Source of the DNA: Deinococci bacterium
Lineage (GTDB): Bacteria; Deinococcota; Deinococci; Deinococcales; Trueperaceae
DNA length: 64,000 nt
Assembly (NCBI GenBank): GCA_030149325.1
Contig: JASBRS010000076.1
Location: 15,290-79,289 of the forward strand
Reading direction: 5' to 3'
Shown: piece by piece, positions 15,866-24,626 of the stretch
Layout of the letters: every line of letters begins with the position of its first letter
How positions within the stretch are numbered: position 1 is the first letter of the stretch
Translations under genes and position numbers: made by a program
Notes under the pieces: generated by a model
What the model saw: only the letters and a program-made list of their open reading frames with translations
Told to the model about the DNA's origin: nothing
The model's database searches: none

Positions 15866-16678
15866 ATGACCGTGACCGGACCCGCGTCTGCGGCGCGCGA
15901 TCTCATGCCCGCCGAGCGCCAGGAGGCGATCGTGCGCAAGGCCTCGCTGGTGCGCATCGTGCGGGTCAGCGACCTCGCCGCCGAGTTCGGCGTCCACGAG
16001 ATGACGATCCGGCGCGACCTCGAGGTGCTGGCCGAGCGCGGCCTGGTGGAACGCATCCACGGGGGCGCGCGCATGCTCGAACAGTCGGGGCTCGAGGCCA
16101 GCTTCCTGATCCGCGCCAGCAGTCACGTCGCCGAGAAGGCGGACATCGCCCAGACCGCGCTGACGTTCGTGCACGATGGCGATACCGTCGCCTTCGACGC
16201 CAGCACCAGCGCCCTCGCCATGGTCCGCGGGCTCGCGGGGCGCAACGTCAACGCCATCGTCCTGAGCCTCGACGCCGCCGAGGAGCTGGCCCGAACCGAC
16301 GTACCGTTCGTGCTGGTCGGCGGCAGCTTCCACCTGCCAGCACGGTCGTTCGTCGGCCCGCTCGCCGGCCGTCAGCTCGAGAGGCTCCACCCCGACACCG
16401 TTTTCCTGTCGGCCAAGGGCTTCTCGGCCCGATCCGGCTTCACCGACGCCCACCTGGCCGAGGTGGAGACCAAGGAGCGGCTGATCGCGGCCGCCAGTCT
16501 GGTGGTGGTGCTGCTCGACCACAGCAAGTTCGGTCGCGAGGCGCTCGGCACCTTCGCCCACGCCGACGAGGTCGACATCGTGGTGACCGATTCCGAGCCC
16601 GAGCCGGAGTTCCGCGCCACCTTCGAACGTGCCGGTGTGCAACTGATCGTGACGGGGCAGGACCAGGACGACAGCTAG
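15866..16678 (+). CDS. DeoR/GlpR-family transcriptional regulator (candidate rhamnose regulator)
   Basis: Trimmed to ATG 15866, after GGAGG. PAERQEAIVRKASLVRIVRVSDLAAEFGVHEMTIRRDLEVLAERGLVERIHGGA is the canonical DeoR HTH. It is followed by a DeoR C-terminal sugar-phosphate sensor domain (TVAFDASTSALAM ... VFLSAKGFS). Confidence 0.9.
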   Translation: MTVTGPASAARDLMPAERQEAIVRKASLVRIVRVSDLAAEFGVHEMTIRRDLEVLAERGLVERIHGGARMLEQSGLEASFLIRASSHVAEKADIAQTALTFVHDGDTVAFDASTSALAMVRGLAGRNVNAIVLSLDAAEELARTDVPFVLVGGSFHLPARSFVGPLAGRQLERLHPDTVFLSAKGFSARSGFTDAHLAEVETKERLIAAASLVVVLLDHSKFGREALGTFAHADEVDIVVTDSEPEPEFRATFERAGVQLIVTGQDQDDS

Positions 16679-16702
16679 CTCCCGTCGGCGCAAGGGCAGC
16701 GT

Positions 16703-17026
16703 CTAGTCGAGGTGGAAGACTTCCTCGAGCGGCACCATCATCTGATCCGGGTGCGCGCCCGGAGGGATCTCGAAGAAGCTCGACATCTCCGCCTGCCAGC
16801 GTGCGTTGACGTCGGTGGCGTCCATGGCCGCACGCGCGGCATCGAACGACACGGGCGTCTCGAAGTACCCGAACAGCAGGCCGTCGTCGCTCATGAACAG
16901 CGAGTAGTTGTGCCAGCCCGCCTCGCCCAGGGCGGCCAGCATCTCGGGCCACACCTCCCGGTGGCGCCGACGGTACTCCTCGATCAGCGACGCCTTGACC
17001 TTCAGAACGAACCCCACACGCGGCAT
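16703..17026 (-). CDS. rhaM: L-rhamnose mutarotase
   Basis: Trimmed to ATG 17026, after GGAGGTG. MPRVGFVLKVKASLIEEYRRRHREVWPEMLAALGEAGWHNYSLFMSDDGLLFGYFE...RWQAEMSSFFE...MVPLEEVFHLD. 107 aa, matching the RhaM/YiiL signature (Y..H..VWPE...G..NYS+F). Confidence 0.9.
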   Translation of the reverse strand: MPRVGFVLKVKASLIEEYRRRHREVWPEMLAALGEAGWHNYSLFMSDDGLLFGYFETPVSFDAARAAMDATDVNARWQAEMSSFFEIPPGAHPDQMMVPLEEVFHLD

Positions 17027-17105
17027 CCAGCCACCTCCACCCGTGGACGAGAGACGGCGGGAGGGCCGACGAACGGCCCTCCCGCCCGAGACTCGGAACC
17101 GAGGC

Positions 17106-18083
17106 TCAGAAGTCGAAGTTGTTGATGTTGTCCTTCGTGAACTCGTAGGGAGGCCCAAGCAGGATGTTCATGCTGATCTTGTCCTGCTGGGTCGTGTAGC
17201 TGCCCAGCCGACCGGCCGTGAAGGTGTCGCCGGGACCCGTGACGGTGCCCTTGACGAGCGCGTACGCGGCCTGCACGCCGAGGTACCCGAGGTCGATCGG
17301 GTTCCACAGCAGCACGGTCTTGACGGTCCCGTCCTCCACGAACTGCTTCATGCCGTTCGGGGTCGCCAGGCCGGTCACCGCGACCTTGCCGGCCAAGCCC
17401 GCCTGCTCGACGGCCTGCGCGGCCGCCGGGAAGCCCACCGAGGTCGGCGAGATGATGCCGTTGAGGTCGGGGTGCGCGTTCAGCAGGTCCTGCGACACCT
17501 GGAACGACTTCTGCGGCTCATCGTTGCCGTACTGGATGTCCACCAGCTTCAGGTCGGGGAAGTTGGCGGCGCTGTAGGCCTTCATGGCCGCGATCCAGGC
17601 GTTCTGGTTGGCCGCCGTGGCCGCGGCGCTGACGATGGCGTAGTTCGCCTTGGGGCCGGTCTCCTTGACGAGGGCGTCGATGAGGCCCTTGCCGATGGAG
17701 TCGAAGGTGGCCTGGTTGACGAACATGTCGCGCCCACCGTTGGCGTCGGCGTCGTAGGTCACGACCTTGATGCCCGCGGCCTGGGCCTTCTTCAGCTCGG
17801 GAACGATGGCGTCGGGATCGTTGGGCGACACCACCAAGGCGTTGACGCCGCGCGCGATCAGCGAGTCGATGATCTGGATCTGGCCGTCGATGTCGGCATT
17901 GACGGTGCCTTCGTAGATGAACTTCACCCCGAGGGCGTCCGCGGCCTCCTGGCCCCCCTTCTGCGTGGCCGCGAAGTACTGCGCGTTCGTGAACTTGGGC
18001 ACCATCGCGATGGTGATGGTCTGGGCGGTGGCGAACGAGATCACCGCCAGGGCGAGAACCGAGAGTGCGCGAACGACCTTCAT
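17106..18083 (-). CDS. rhaS: rhamnose ABC transporter substrate-binding protein (Rhizobium RhaS-type, not the AraC regulator)
   Basis: Signal peptide MKVVRALSVLALAVISFATAQ. Type-I periplasmic binding fold (ITIAMVPKFTNAQYFAATQKGGQEAADALGVKFIYEGTVNADIDGQIQIIDSLIARGVNALVVSPNDP). Located between rhaM and the two permeases. Confidence 0.8.
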   Translation of the reverse strand: MKVVRALSVLALAVISFATAQTITIAMVPKFTNAQYFAATQKGGQEAADALGVKFIYEGTVNADIDGQIQIIDSLIARGVNALVVSPNDPDAIVPELKKAQAAGIKVVTYDADANGGRDMFVNQATFDSIGKGLIDALVKETGPKANYAIVSAAATAANQNAWIAAMKAYSAANFPDLKLVDIQYGNDEPQKSFQVSQDLLNAHPDLNGIISPTSVGFPAAAQAVEQAGLAGKVAVTGLATPNGMKQFVEDGTVKTVLLWNPIDLGYLGVQAAYALVKGTVTGPGDTFTAGRLGSYTTQQDKISMNILLGPPYEFTKDNINNFDF

Positions 18084-18153
18084 GTCCTTCCTCCTTCACC
18101 CCGTCCGGGGACGGACCGCAACGCGCCGCCGGCGGCGGCACGACGTTCCCTGG

Positions 18154-19122
18154 TCACGTGCGCTTCCGCGTCAGCAGTCCGTAGGCGAGGACCGCCACGA
18201 TCAAGGCCAGCCCGAGCACGAGCGAGCGCACGTTGGCGGAGACCCCGCCGAGGATCATGCCGAAGCGCAGCGAGATGATGATGGCCAGGCCGAGGATGGT
18301 GCCCGTGATGGTGCCGACGCCGCCGGCGATGCTGGTGCCGCCGAGCACCACGGCGGTGATGGCCTCCAGCTCGTAGCCGGTGGCGGCGTTGCCCTTGGCG
18401 GTACCGACCCTCGACACGTAGATGATGGCCGCCAGGCCGGCCATGAAGCCGCTCAAGGCGTAGAGCCGGAGCAGCAGCGAGCGGACGCGCACCCCCGAGA
18501 ACTTCGCCGCGCGCTCGTTCAGGCCGATGGCGTAGACGCGCTTGCCGTACCCAAGGACGTGCAGGAGGACGCCGAACGCGATGGCGGCGACGATGAACAC
18601 CAGCAACTGGACGGGCACGGGACCGATGTCGCCCTGCCCGAGCACGTAGAACCAATCCGGGAAGCCGCTGACGCCCCGCCCTCCACTGAGGCCGAGCGCG
18701 ATCCCTCGGAACGCCCCGAAGGTGGCCAGCGTCGTGACCAGCGGTGGTACGCCCAGGTAGGCCACCGTCCAGCCGTTCACCAACCCGGCCAGCGTCCCGG
18801 TCGCGATGCCGATGACGGCGGCGAGGACCAGCGGCACGCCGGCATGCCAGGCGAACCCGAAGATGATCGCGGAGAGGGCGATGTTCGAGCCGACCGACAG
18901 GTCGATGCCCTTGGTGATGATGATCAAGGTCATCGGAAGCGCCAGCAGGCCGATCTCGACGATGAAGCGCGTCATGTCGAGGAGGTTGGACAGCGTCAGG
19001 AACTCCGGCGAGAGCTGCGCCATGACCGCCCCCACCAGGATCAGGATCCCTACCAGGACCCACTCGACGGTGAGCGTGAAGCGGCGCCGCGGCTTCGCGT
19101 CGGTCGGTGCCTGGTCGCTCAT
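18154..19122 (-). CDS. rhaQ: rhamnose/monosaccharide ABC transporter permease (CUT2)
   Basis: The C-terminal 322 aa of ORF 18154..20238, starting MSDQAPTDAKPRRRFTLTVEWVLVGILILV... Multi-TM protein with the branched-chain/ribose-type permease motif ITKGIDLSVGS. Overlaps the upstream permease stop by 4 nt (ATGA). Confidence 0.85.
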   Translation of the reverse strand: MSDQAPTDAKPRRRFTLTVEWVLVGILILVGAVMAQLSPEFLTLSNLLDMTRFIVEIGLLALPMTLIIITKGIDLSVGSNIALSAIIFGFAWHAGVPLVLAAVIGIATGTLAGLVNGWTVAYLGVPPLVTTLATFGAFRGIALGLSGGRGVSGFPDWFYVLGQGDIGPVPVQLLVFIVAAIAFGVLLHVLGYGKRVYAIGLNERAAKFSGVRVRSLLLRLYALSGFMAGLAAIIYVSRVGTAKGNAATGYELEAITAVVLGGTSIAGGVGTITGTILGLAIIISLRFGMILGGVSANVRSLVLGLALIVAVLAYGLLTRKRT

Positions 19123-20165
19123 GACGGCTCCTGGCCCGCCGCGGTCGGCTCCGGTTGAGCCGCGGCCCGGGCGAGACGCTGGCGTGTTCGCGCGAGGGGA
19201 TTGCGCGTGCGCAGGACGTCGATGCTTACCGCCACCAGGATGAACATGCCCTGGAAGAACTTCTCCCAGTCGGCACTGAGGTGGAGGAAGATGAGCGAGG
19301 TCTTGGTGAGGCCGAGCAGCAGGACGCCGATGAAGGCTCCCAGCACGGTGCCGCTGCCTCCGAAGATGTTGATCCCGCCCAGCACCACCGCGGTGATCAC
19401 CACGAACTCGAAGCCGAGCCCTTCGTTGGCGTTGATCTGGGCGAAGCGCGGGGCGTGGAACGAGGCGGCCAGCCCCACGAACGCGCCCGACACCATCATC
19501 ACCATGAACTGCACGCGCCGGACCCGGATGCCGGCCAGCGCCGCGGCCTCCTCGTTCGATCCCACGGCGTACAGGGTGCGCCCCCAGCGGGTGTTGGCGA
19601 TGAAGTAGGCGCCCGCCGCCACCACCGCGAACATCACCCACACCGGCAGCTGCAGCCCCAGGAAGGTCGTCAACCCCAGCGCCCGGAAGCCCTTGGAGAA
19701 GTTCCCCAGGTACTCCCTCGGCAACACCGCCAGCAGGGCTGAGCGGAACACGGTCATGGTCGCGAGCGTGACGATGATCGAGGGGATGCGCGCGAACGCG
19801 ACCAGGAAGCCGTTGAAGGCTCCCAGCGCGGCGCCGGCCAGGATGGTGAGCGGGATGATCAGCAGTGGCGGCACCCCCAGGTGGTCGAGGTAGCCGGCGG
19901 CGAACACCGCGATGGCGAGGATGGAGCCGACCGAGATGTCGATCTGGGCGGCCACGATCACCATCACCATGCCGACGGCGGCGATGGCGATGACCGCGCT
20001 GTTGGCGAGGAGGCTCTGGATGGTGCGAGCGTTGAACGCCAGCGTCCCATCGCGCGCCGTGTAGAACAGGAAGTTGGTGGTGAGGCCGAGGTAGACCACG
20101 GCCACCACCAGGATCGCCAGCAGCACGAGCTCGCGGCCCGAGGTGCGGAACAGGCGGCGGATCAT
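19119..20165 (-). CDS. rhaP: rhamnose/monosaccharide ABC transporter permease (CUT2)
   Basis: 348 aa, multi-TM, with the motif AAQIDISVGSILAIAVF. Its start overlaps the ATPase stop by 4 nt. Confidence 0.85.
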   Translation of the reverse strand: MIRRLFRTSGRELVLLAILVVAVVYLGLTTNFLFYTARDGTLAFNARTIQSLLANSAVIAIAAVGMVMVIVAAQIDISVGSILAIAVFAAGYLDHLGVPPLLIIPLTILAGAALGAFNGFLVAFARIPSIIVTLATMTVFRSALLAVLPREYLGNFSKGFRALGLTTFLGLQLPVWVMFAVVAAGAYFIANTRWGRTLYAVGSNEEAAALAGIRVRRVQFMVMMVSGAFVGLAASFHAPRFAQINANEGLGFEFVVITAVVLGGINIFGGSGTVLGAFIGVLLLGLTKTSLIFLHLSADWEKFFQGMFILVAVSIDVLRTRNPLARTRQRLARAAAQPEPTAAGQEPS

Positions 20166-21670
20166 GCGGCCGCCCCGCCCTGGATCGGCTCGTCGGTGGC
20201 GGCCAGCGCCATGACGGCCTCCTGCGTGGCGTCGTCACGTGCCAGCTCGCCCCGCACCCGGCCGCCGCGCATCACGACGATGCGATGGCTCATGCCCAGG
20301 ACCTCCGGCAGCTCGGAGGAGATCATCACGATGGCCAGCCCCTGGCCGCACAGCTCCGTCATGAGACGGTGGATCTCCGACTTGGCCCCGACGTCGATGC
20401 CGCGGGTCGGCTCGTCGAGGATGAGCAGCCGTGGCTCGCGTGCGAGCCACCGCCCCAACGAGATCTTCTGCTGGTTGCCGCCGGAGAGGTCCTCGACCCG
20501 CGTGTCCACGCCGGGCGCGCGGACCTGGAGCAGCTCGAAGAAGCGCGTGGCGAGCTTGGACGCCGCAGGCACGTCGTACACGCCTCGGCGCTCGAGCCTG
20601 GTGAGGCTCGGCAGCGCCATGTTGTCGCGGATGCTCATCGGCAACACCAGGCCGTCGAGCTTGCGGTCCTCGCTGACGTAGGCGACGCCCGCGTCCATGG
20701 CACCCCAGGGCGTGCGCGGCACCGGCCGACCGTCGATCAGGACCTCACCGCGGTCGATCGGATCGATGCCGAACACGCAGCGTGCCAGCTCGCTCCGCCC
20801 GGCCCCGACCAGCCCCGCCAGACCGACGATCTCGCCGGCCCGGACGTGCAGCGACACGTCGTCGAGGACGCCGTAGCGGGTCAGGTTCCGCACCTCCAGC
20901 ACGGTGTCGCCGGTGACAGCCGGCAGCTCCGGGAAGAGGTTGTTCATCTCGCGGCCGACCATCATCGCGATCAGGCGGCCCGGGTCGACGTTCTCGACCC
21001 GCTCCGAGCCGACGCTGGAGCCGTCGCGTAGGACCGTCACGCGGTCGGCGACCTCGAAGATCTCCTCCAGCCGGTGCGAGATGTAGATGATGCCGACGCC
21101 GTCGTCGCGCAGGCGGCGCACGATGCGATGGAGGATCTCGGTGTCCTGCTCGGTGAGCGACGCCGTCGGCTCGTCCATGATGACGAAGCGGGCGTCGCGC
21201 GTCAGGGCGCGGGCGATCTCGATGAGCTGGCCCTGCGCCGTGCTCAACTGACCCACCGGGGTGTCGAGGTCGATGTCGAGCTCCATGCGCTGGAAGACCT
21301 CACGACCGCGCCGCCGCAGCTTGGCCCAGTCGATCAGCCCGAACGGCCCACGCACGTCCTGGGCGTGCACGAAGAGGTTCTCCAACACACTGAGATCGGG
21401 GTACTGGACGAGCTCCTGGTAGATCACCGCGATGCCGCGCGAGGTGGCGTCGCTGGGGTGGTGGAGGTGCAACGTCTCGCCGTCCATCACCACCGCACCG
21501 CGGTCGGGCATGTGGACGCCGGCCAACACCTTGATGAGGGTGGACTTGCCGGCCCCGTTCTCCCCCACCAGGGCGTGCACCTCGCCGCCGTGGACCTCGA
21601 ACGACACGCCCTTCAGCGCCCTGACGCCGCCGAAGTGCTTGTGGATGTCCCGCAACTCGAGTCTCGACAA
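20162..21670 (-). CDS. rhaT: sugar ABC transporter ATP-binding protein with two fused ATPase domains
   Basis: Walker [10 protein letters not shown], signature [15 protein letters not shown] and Walker B FVIMDEPT in domain 1. [24 protein letters not shown] and [12 protein letters not shown] in domain 2. Start placed at TTG 21670 ([15 protein letters not shown], with GGGAG 7 nt upstream). The ORF track allows GTG 21748. Confidence 0.85.
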   Translation of the reverse strand: MSRLELRDIHKHFGGVRALKGVSFEVHGGEVHALVGENGAGKSTLIKVLAGVHMPDRGAVVMDGETLHLHHPSDATSRGIAVIYQELVQYPDLSVLENLFVHAQDVRGPFGLIDWAKLRRRGREVFQRMELDIDLDTPVGQLSTAQGQLIEIARALTRDARFVIMDEPTASLTEQDTEILHRIVRRLRDDGVGIIYISHRLEEIFEVADRVTVLRDGSSVGSERVENVDPGRLIAMMVGREMNNLFPELPAVTGDTVLEVRNLTRYGVLDDVSLHVRAGEIVGLAGLVGAGRSELARCVFGIDPIDRGEVLIDGRPVPRTPWGAMDAGVAYVSEDRKLDGLVLPMSIRDNMALPSLTRLERRGVYDVPAASKLATRFFELLQVRAPGVDTRVEDLSGGNQQKISLGRWLAREPRLLILDEPTRGIDVGAKSEIHRLMTELCGQGLAIVMISSELPEVLGMSHRIVVMRGGRVRGELARDDATQEAVMALAATDEPIQGGAAA

Positions 21671-21956
21671 CGCGAAGCTCCCAACGTCTCGGGCGCGGAG
21701 ACCCCGCGCGAACGGGGCCCCGGACCTCGTCGGCGCGGACGCCGACACCCAACCTTCGGCACCGCCCGGAGGGGGCAGCGCGGATACGCAAGATGGGGGA
21801 TGCTATCATCCACCTAACAGTTTTGCAAGCGATGTTGCTCGGGCTTGTGGGATTATGTTAGATTCCGGCCACACGTCGCGTCAAGCAGCAGCATCTCGCG
21901 GGAGCCGCTGTCCGCGCCCCTGCGTAGACTTCAGGGCGAACCCTTCGAGGAGGATC

Positions 21957-23159
21957 ATGGCTGATCAAGGTCCACTGAACCCGATCCCGTCCGCGCGCAC
22001 GGAGGCCGCCCGCGCCGCCCTGAGGCGCCAGGCCATCGAGACGCCCTCGTGGGGCTACGGCAACTCCGGCACGCGCTTCAAGACCTTCCCGTGGCCGGGC
22101 GCCGCGCGCACCGTGTACGAGAAGATCGACGACGCCGCCTACGTACACCGCCTGACGGGCGTCGCGCCCTCGGTGGCGCTGCACATCCCCTGGGACCGCG
22201 TCGACGACTGGCGGGCGCTGCGGCGCTACGCCGAGGAACGGGGCGTGGCGATCGGGGCGATCAACCCCAACGTCTTCCAGGACGACGACTACCGGCTGGG
22301 ATCGTTATGTCACCCGGACGCGCGGGTCCGCCGCAAGGCGGTCGACCACCTACTGGAGTGCACCGAGATCATGGCCGCCACCGGCAGCGACGTCCTCAGC
22401 GTGTGGCTGGCCGACGGCACCAACTACGCCGGGCAGGACGACCTGGTCCGCCGCAAGGAGGTCCTGGAGGAGGGGCTGCGCGAGGTGGCCGAGGCCCTGC
22501 CCGAGGGCGGCCGCATGCTGCTGGAGTACAAGTTCTTCGAACCCGCCTTCTACCACACCGACCTGGCCGACTGGGGGATGGCCTACGCCATGACCCTCAA
22601 GCTCGGCGAGCGCGCGCAGGTGCTGGTCGACACCGGGCACCACGCCCAGGGCACCAACATCCCGCACATCGTGGCGTTCCTACTCAGCGAGGGCAAGCTG
22701 GGCGGCTTCCACTTCAACGCCCGCAAGTACGCCGACGACGACCTGATCGTGGGCAGCGAGAACCCGTTCGAGCTGTTCGATATCTTCGTGAAGCTGGTCG
22801 AGGCGGGCGACCGGGCCGCCGACGTCGCCTACATGATCGACCAGAGCCACAACATCGAGCCGAAGCTCGAGGCCATGGTCCAGAGCCTGGTGAACTGCCA
22901 GGTGGCCTACGCCAAGGCGCTGATCGTCGACTACCCGGCCCTGCGAGAGGCCCAGCGCGCAGGGGACGTGCTCGGCGCCCACCGCGTCCTGCTCGATGCC
23001 TACCAGAGCGACGTCCGGCCGCTGCTCGCCGAGGTCCGCCACGAGCTCGGCGTTCCCGCCGACCCCATCCGCGCCCTGCGCGACGACGACTACCCGCAGC
23101 GCATCGCGCGCGAACGCGGCGTGGCGGCGGCCGGCGGCGGCTACCCGACGGACGGCTAG
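21957..23159 (+). CDS. rhaI: L-rhamnose isomerase, TIM-barrel (Pseudomonas stutzeri/Streptomyces) type
   Basis: ATG 21957, after [62 protein letters not shown] ... [41 protein letters not shown] ... [11 protein letters not shown]. 400 aa. Confidence 0.9.
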   Translation: MADQGPLNPIPSARTEAARAALRRQAIETPSWGYGNSGTRFKTFPWPGAARTVYEKIDDAAYVHRLTGVAPSVALHIPWDRVDDWRALRRYAEERGVAIGAINPNVFQDDDYRLGSLCHPDARVRRKAVDHLLECTEIMAATGSDVLSVWLADGTNYAGQDDLVRRKEVLEEGLREVAEALPEGGRMLLEYKFFEPAFYHTDLADWGMAYAMTLKLGERAQVLVDTGHHAQGTNIPHIVAFLLSEGKLGGFHFNARKYADDDLIVGSENPFELFDIFVKLVEAGDRAADVAYMIDQSHNIEPKLEAMVQSLVNCQVAYAKALIVDYPALREAQRAGDVLGAHRVLLDAYQSDVRPLLAEVRHELGVPADPIRALRDDDYPQRIARERGVAAAGGGYPTDG

Positions 23160-23162
23160 GAC

Positions 23163-24626
23163 GTGAGCGCGCGCGCGGACACGACCACGGTGCTGGCGGT
23201 GGACCTGGGCGCGGAGTCGGGGCGGGTGATGGCCGTCGAGGCCGGCGCCGGACGGCTGCGCATCGAGGAGCTGCACCGCTTCGCCAACCGTCCGGTCGAG
23301 GTGCGTGGCACCCTGCATTGGGACGTCCTCGCACTGTGGGCCGAGGTGCAGCACGGCCTCGAGTTGGGCGCCTCCAGGCATCCGGCCTCGCTGGGTGTCG
23401 ACACCTGGGCCGTGGACTTCGGCCTGCTCGACGCCAGGGACGAGCTGCTCGGCAACCCCGTGCACTACCGCGACCGGCGCACCGAGGGCATGCTCGAGCG
23501 ATTGACCGCCGAGCTCGGCCGGGAACGCATCTTCCGCGAGACCGGCATCCAGTTCCTGCCGATCAACACCCTGGTCCAGCTCTTCGCATTGCGCGCTCAA
23601 CGCTCGCCCCTGCTCGACGCGGCGCGCGCGTTCCTGACCATCCCCGATCTGCTCAACTTCTGGCTCACCGGCGAGAAGGCGGCGGAGTTCACCAACGCCA
23701 CCACCACCCAGCTCTTCAATCCGCATCAGGGGCGCTGGTCGGAGACCTTGCTCGGAGCGCTCGAGCTCGATCCGGAGCTGTTCCCCGACATCGTCGCCCC
23801 CGGCACCACGCTCGGCGAGCACCGCGGTGTGAGGGTGATCGCGCCCGCCACCCACGACACCGGCAGCGCCGTGGCCGGCATGCCGGCCACCTCGGACGAC
23901 GTCGCCTTCATCTCGAGCGGCACCTGGAGCCTGGTGGGCACCGTGGTGGAACACCCCATCGTCGACGAGGCGGCACTGGCGGCCAACGTTACCAACGAAG
24001 GCGCGGCCGATGGCAGCTATCGCCTGCTGAAGAACGTCATGGGCCTCTGGATCGTGCAGGAGTGCCGCCGGGCCTGGTCCCGGCAGGGGCGCACCTTGAG
24101 CTACGACGAGATCGTGGTCGCCGCCGCGAGCGAGCCCGCGCTGCGGTCGGTCATCCCCGTCGACGACCCGCTTTTCCTGACGCCGGGCGACCACCCGGCG
24201 ATCGTGCAGCAGCTGTGCCGGGAGCGCGGTGAGCCGGTACCCGGGACGCCGGGGGCGATCGCTCGCTGCGTGTTCGACAGCCTCGCTCTCGCCTACCGCG
24301 GGGTCCTCGACACGCTGTCCGGCCTCACCGGTCGGGCGTTCGAGGTCGTCCACGTCCTCGGCGGCGGCTCCCAGAACCGGTTGCTGTGTCAGCTCACCGC
24401 CAACGCCTGCCGCCGCGACGTCGTCGCCGGTCCGACCGAAGCGACCGTGCTGGGGAACGCCGTCGTGCAGTTGCAGGCCCTGGGAGTTCTGGCCAGCGCA
24501 GCCGAGGGCCGACGCTGGATCGCAGCCAGTACCGAACGAGCGCACTACCGGCCGCAGGAGGCGGAGGCCTGGGACGCGGCCTTCGATCGCCTGACGGATG
24601 TGGGTCGCGAAAGGAGACTGTCATGA
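23163..24626 (+). CDS. rhaB: rhamnulokinase (FGGY carbohydrate kinase family)
   Basis: VLAVDLGAESGRVM ... GTLHWDVLALW ... SLGVDTWAVDFGLLD ... HYRDRRTEGM ... ATHDTGSAVAG ... FISSGTWSLVG ... NVMGLWIVQECRR ... VHVLGGGSQNRLLCQLTANA. Confidence 0.9.
   Translation: MSARADTTTVLAVDLGAESGRVMAVEAGAGRLRIEELHRFANRPVEVRGTLHWDVLALWAEVQHGLELGASRHPASLGVDTWAVDFGLLDARDELLGNPVHYRDRRTEGMLERLTAELGRERIFRETGIQFLPINTLVQLFALRAQRSPLLDAARAFLTIPDLLNFWLTGEKAAEFTNATTTQLFNPHQGRWSETLLGALELDPELFPDIVAPGTTLGEHRGVRVIAPATHDTGSAVAGMPATSDDVAFISSGTWSLVGTVVEHPIVDEAALAANVTNEGAADGSYRLLKNVMGLWIVQECRRAWSRQGRTLSYDEIVVAAASEPALRSVIPVDDPLFLTPGDHPAIVQQLCRERGEPVPGTPGAIARCVFDSLALAYRGVLDTLSGLTGRAFEVVHVLGGGSQNRLLCQLTANACRRDVVAGPTEATVLGNAVVQLQALGVLASAAEGRRWIAASTERAHYRPQEAEAWDAAFDRLTDVGRERRLS

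Noticed and set aside
18154-20238. The ORF track merges 694 aa into one ORF across two permease genes.
   Set aside because: Only the last 322 aa (from ATG 19122) look like a permease. The upstream 370 aa are an out-of-frame shadow of the rhaP gene (19119..20165), which has its own clean ORF and a 4-nt ATGA overlap.
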